Source: Thecamonas trahens ATCC 50062 (lineage: Eukaryota > Protista > Apusomonadida). Taken from it: a DNA stretch of 64,000 bases. Position 1 is the stretch's first letter. Each line of letters begins with the position of its first letter. The stretch is from the NCBI RefSeq assembly GCF_000142905.1, contig NW_013657618.1, positions 1 through 64,000 of the forward strand, in the 5' to 3' direction. The position numbers and the translations under genes are program-made. The notes under the pieces are model-generated. The model had not been told where the DNA came from and made no database searches. It saw only the letters and a program-made list of their open reading frames with translations. Positions 60,439 to 64,000 of the stretch are shown here, one piece after another.

Positions 60439-61281
60439 ATGTCCGACCGCCTCCCATACACCCCGCCGTACGCACCAGGCCACCGCTCGGTCGAGTACCG
60501 GATCCCAGTCCCGACGTCGCTCGACGAGTACCAGAAGGCGCTGCACTACATGACCGGGCGGACGGCCAAGAAGGAGGTGGAGACCGGCGACTCGGGCGTC
60601 GAGCTCATTGTCTCGGAGCCGTTTGACGACCCGGCGCGCGGCGGTAAGGGCGTGTACACCGAAAAGGTGTACCACCTCGAGTCGCGCATGCCGGCTGTCG
60701 CCCGCAAGCTCCTGCCCAACTCGGCCAAGGTCGTCCATGAGTTCTGCTGGAACGCCTTCCCCAACATCCGCACTGAGCTCCACGTCCCGTTCTTCAAGAA
60801 GGCCTCGGTCATCATCGAGTCGCGCCACGTCGAGGGCCTCGACGTGCCCGACTCGGTCTTTGCCGACGCCGAGCCGTGCCCGTCCGACACCCCGGTCGTC
60901 GTCCTCAACATCGCCTCGGATCCCACGCCCGAGAAGGATGCCTGCGACGAGGAGGAGCCCTCGCTGGTCTCATCCGCTACCACCGGCCGCCTCCCGCTGG
61001 CCCGTGACTGGCTCGACACCGCCGCCGCAGGCACCGCTGCCAAGGACACCCCCTACATCACCGTCTGCAAGCGAGTCATGCTCACCTTTAGCTACACAGG
61101 TGTCCAGAAGAAGGGCGAGACCTCGGGCCTCGACTCGTACAAGCCTATCTTCCTCACCACCCATAAGCAGCTGGTCTCCTGGATCGACGACTGGTTCCCC
61201 ATGACGCTCGAGGACTGCCGCAACTTTGAGATCGAGATCCTCGAGCAGCTCGAGGCCTCCAAGTCCAAGCCTGAATCCTAA
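60439..61281 (+). CDS. Phosphatidylinositol transfer protein (START-like PITP family)
   Basis: EYRIP.P.SLDEYQ, GVELIVSEPF, GVYTEKVYHL, HEFCWNAFP, HKQLVSWIDDWFPMTLED; the inositol-binding T/K/E/N residues appear retained. Confidence 0.9.
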   Translation: MSDRLPYTPPYAPGHRSVEYRIPVPTSLDEYQKALHYMTGRTAKKEVETGDSGVELIVSEPFDDPARGGKGVYTEKVYHLESRMPAVARKLLPNSAKVVHEFCWNAFPNIRTELHVPFFKKASVIIESRHVEGLDVPDSVFADAEPCPSDTPVVVLNIASDPTPEKDACDEEEPSLVSSATTGRLPLARDWLDTAAAGTAAKDTPYITVCKRVMLTFSYTGVQKKGETSGLDSYKPIFLTTHKQLVSWIDDWFPMTLEDCRNFEIEILEQLEASKSKPES

Positions 61282-61361
61282 CGTAGCCCCCCCCACCCCC
61301 CCACCCATGCCACCTCCACCCCCCCCCCCCTCCACCCCCCGTCAACCATCTCCACAGGAGC

Positions 61362-64000
61362 ATGTCGTCCGGACCCGGAGGAGACCCGGATGCCGATCTG
61401 ATGCTGGCCATCGAACTGTCCAAGTCATCGTACGCCGAGGAACAGGCTAACAAGCCGTCGTCGGACGGTGGTGGCGAGAGGTCGCCGCCGCCTCCATCGC
61501 CGACGTCTGCTTCCTCGGGCAAGACTGCTGCACGCATTTCGCCGCTCTCCACTGCACTGGACGAGTTGGTGGCCTTTCTCAAAGAGGCAGACCTTCTGGC
61601 TGCGCTCGTCTGGTCGCCGCCCAAGGTCAAGGCCCACATTCATCCGCTGCTCCTGGTCATCCAGGCCACGCCCGAGCCGAACGTCGACCAGCTCGAGTAC
61701 ATCACGGCGCTGGTCAATCTCTTTGTCTCCTCGCTCCTTGCTGCAGACTTCTCCAAGCTCGTCCGCGGCCGCAGCGATGCCGGCCACGAGCTGCTGGCCC
61801 AGTTTGTCCGCGAGCTTGTCGCATGCCTCGCCTCGGCTGTTCTTGGCTACCTCGAGTACACCTCGTCGGACACCTTTGCCGCCTTTGCTATGACTGCCGG
61901 CGCCAACGACGCCGACCCGTTGCGTGCCCGCCTTGATTTGGCCGCTCGTGTCGCCGCCATCCGCTCGAGCCTCCTCGTCCTCCTCACCACCCTCACCTCG
62001 CCCAAGGTTGTCATTACCAAGGGCGCACTCGCCCGTCTCCGTCTCGACTTTAAGGCCCAGCCGCCGGCCTTTGACGACGCCGAGTACACCGACGCCACCG
62101 CTCCGCCGCATGTCACCCTCCTCGACCTCGACGCGTACCTTGCCGAGAGCCCACAGTCGGCCACCCGCGCAAAGTGGAAGGCACCGGCGCGCTGGAAGTC
62201 GCAGGCCTCATCCGCCGGTGATCCGGGCACAGGGGCCGAGTCGGCTACTACCGTGTCAGGCGACGCCTCCTCGGCAGCGCCTGCCAGCCCTACACTCAAC
62301 AATCCGCTCGCTGCCAAGCTCGCTGCACTCGTCCGCGTCCTCCCTCCGGCACCCGAGTCTGGCCTCGCCTCGCCTCTCGCGGGCGCTGGGCAGGCCGGAT
62401 CAGGGTCCTCGGCTGGCGCGGGAGTCGCAGACACTACCGAGCCGGCCGACGGTGCTGCCGCGGCTGCCGCGGCGAGCACTCCGCCGCTAACTCGCGCGCT
62501 GCTTCTCACGGAGACTGCGGCCGTAGTCTTTGGCGAGCTCCGCGGTGTTGCCCGCCTCCTCGGCATGTGTCTTGCACTCCTCTCCTCCCCGCCTCCGCTC
62601 GACGACCCGGTCGCTGCTGTTGAAGCCTCGTCGCTCGTCGACTTTGTCGTTGCCACCGTCGAGCTCGGCGGAGCCGTTCCCGACGCTTTCCGGTCGCCCG
62701 ACCACGCTCTTCGGGCCGCTGCGCTTGCGCTTGCCCTCGTCGACGTCTACGAGGCCTCGCTTGCCGCCGCCGCCGCCCGCGCCGAGGTTCCGAGCTGCGA
62801 CGACGCCGTTGCTGCCGACGCCGACGGCCTGGCCGCCGCCAATGCCACTGCCAGCTGGCACGGCTCGCTAGTCGCGCCCGACACACTTGCTGCCGTCCTC
62901 GACTTTGCCGCCGTCCACTGCGACTCGCGGGTCCTCGCCACCAACACAGCACTGGCCCTTGGTCTCCGGATCCTGCTCTCGGGCCCGCGCGGCGCAGGCG
63001 TGTCGCTCGCTGCGCTCGACGGACCCGCCCTTGCCGCCTGGCAAGGCCCGCGGTCGCTCTTCCTCAACGCCGAGCTCCTCCGCTACGGCACCTCGCTCAT
63101 TCTTGCCGAGCTCTCGCGCCCGCCCACTGCCGCGCTCTCCATCCCGGTCTTTTCGCCGAGCGCCCCGGCCTCGGCCCTCGAGCTCCTGCCCGGCCTCACG
63201 CTGGACCTTGCCGAGGCCCACAGCCCGGCCGAGCTCACTGCCACGCTTGCGCCGCTTCTCCTCGACAGCGCGCTTGTCGTCCTGCTTCTGGCTTACGCTG
63301 CCGAGCCTACCGCGCCGAATGGCGGCGCAGATACGTCGGAAGGCGCAACCAGTTCGATGCTTGCATCTGCGGCTTCGCCCAAGACGCCTGCCTCGCAGTT
63401 GTCATCCGGCGGCCCGCCGCCGCCTCCACCACCGCCGCCGCCGCCGACCATTCCGGCCTCGCGCGTTGCCCACAAGCGTCGCGACCGCGACGACGATGAT
63501 GAAGACAGCGACGACGTTGACATGTTCTTCGGCGGCCTCTTTGACGACGACTCGGAGGACCCCGCTTGTGAGGGAGAGTCCAAGGACGCGGCTGCCGCGG
63601 CGTCGGTTGCTGCGACCAGCGCGCTTGCTGCCGGTCCGCCGGCCGCGCCCGCTGTCCGCTGCCTCTTCACCTCGCGCGCCATCGCCCGGTTTGGCGACGC
63701 GCCGAGCAGGGCCTCCATGGCGGCCGCTGCCGCCGCCGATGCTGCCGTGCTCGCTCGCCACCTGCACTCGCTCCTTGTCCGTCACATCTTTGTGGCAAAG
63801 GATGCTCTCGGAGAGCTCACCCCACTCGGCCGTGCGTTGGCCTCCGCCGTTGCCGAGAACAGCGTTTTTCACAAGGCCCACCTCGACGCCATCCTCCTCG
63901 TTTGCGCCTCTTGCGCTGCGCCTGTTCCGGGCTCTGCCGTCGCTGCAACCGACGCTACTGCGGAGCAAGGCAAGGCGGGTCTGACGACTCCGCTCGTCTC
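61362..64000 (+). CDS. 5' part of a very large helical protein with an N-terminal UIM-like motif; possibly a UBR4/BIG-type E3 ligase
   Basis: Absent from the ORF track, consistent with no stop before the window end; the same frame reads as protein at 61362 and 63483. DADLMLAIELSKSS is UIM-like, and the acidic DSDDVDMFFGGLFDDD segment recalls a UBR4/BIG motif from memory. Confidence 0.7.
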   Translation, partial: MSSGPGGDPDADLMLAIELSKSSYAEEQANKPSSDGGGERSPPPPSPTSASSGKTAARISPLSTALDELVAFLKEADLLAALVWSPPKVKAHIHPLLLVIQATPEPNVDQLEYITALVNLFVSSLLAADFSKLVRGRSDAGHELLAQFVRELVACLASAVLGYLEYTSSDTFAAFAMTAGANDADPLRARLDLAARVAAIRSSLLVLLTTLTSPKVVITKGALARLRLDFKAQPPAFDDAEYTDATAPPHVTLLDLDAYLAESPQSATRAKWKAPARWKSQASSAGDPGTGAESATTVSGDASSAAPASPTLNNPLAAKLAALVRVLPPAPESGLASPLAGAGQAGSGSSAGAGVADTTEPADGAAAAAAASTPPLTRALLLTETAAVVFGELRGVARLLGMCLALLSSPPPLDDPVAAVEASSLVDFVVATVELGGAVPDAFRSPDHALRAAALALALVDVYEASLAAAAARAEVPSCDDAVAADADGLAAANATASWHGSLVAPDTLAAVLDFAAVHCDSRVLATNTALALGLRILLSGPRGAGVSLAALDGPALAAWQGPRSLFLNAELLRYGTSLILAELSRPPTAALSIPVFSPSAPASALELLPGLTLDLAEAHSPAELTATLAPLLLDSALVVLLLAYAAEPTAPNGGADTSEGATSSMLASAASPKTPASQLSSGGPPPPPPPPPPPTIPASRVAHKRRDRDDDDEDSDDVDMFFGGLFDDDSEDPACEGESKDAAAAASVAATSALAAGPPAAPAVRCLFTSRAIARFGDAPSRASMAAAAAADAAVLARHLHSLLVRHIFVAKDALGELTPLGRALASAVAENSVFHKAHLDAILLVCASCAAPVPGSAVAATDATAEQGKAGLTTPLV

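Overview
GC-rich, intron-poor eukaryotic (protist) genomic DNA from a draft assembly with five N-gaps. The gene repertoire and style suggest an apusomonad such as Thecamonas trahens; this is inference and was not verified. In order, the window holds: the 5' end of a divergent 18S rRNA gene; degenerate receptor-kinase remnants; a giant sushi-repeat multi-TM surface protein; a solute-binding-domain receptor with two pseudokinase domains; an APC/polyamine permease; Rac1; tRNA-Leu(CAA) and tRNA-Ser(GCT); a Dbl-type RhoGEF; a bacterial-like PLP fold-III enzyme; a cathepsin L-like protease; a giant FG-GAP/beta-helix multi-TM protein; a mercaptopyruvate sulfurtransferase; an 11xDM13-DOMON-cupredoxin-DOMON-EGF-DOMON-cytochrome b561 protein; a secreted JmjC oxygenase; a Cys-rich orphan; a LYR protein; katanin p80; a PITP; and the start of a giant UIM-bearing (possibly UBR4/BIG-like) gene. 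The top candidate for a novel system is the ~2,420-aa DM13-array/b561 protein, which looks like a single-chain trans-membrane electron wire and has an in-frame TAA in repeat 10. Also notable: two giant receptors sharing a multi-TM module with different ectodomains, an AT-rich 31-bp hairpin array with a compensatory base-pair change, and the divergent but structurally compensated 18S. Five frameshifts lie in short repeats and are most likely assembly errors.
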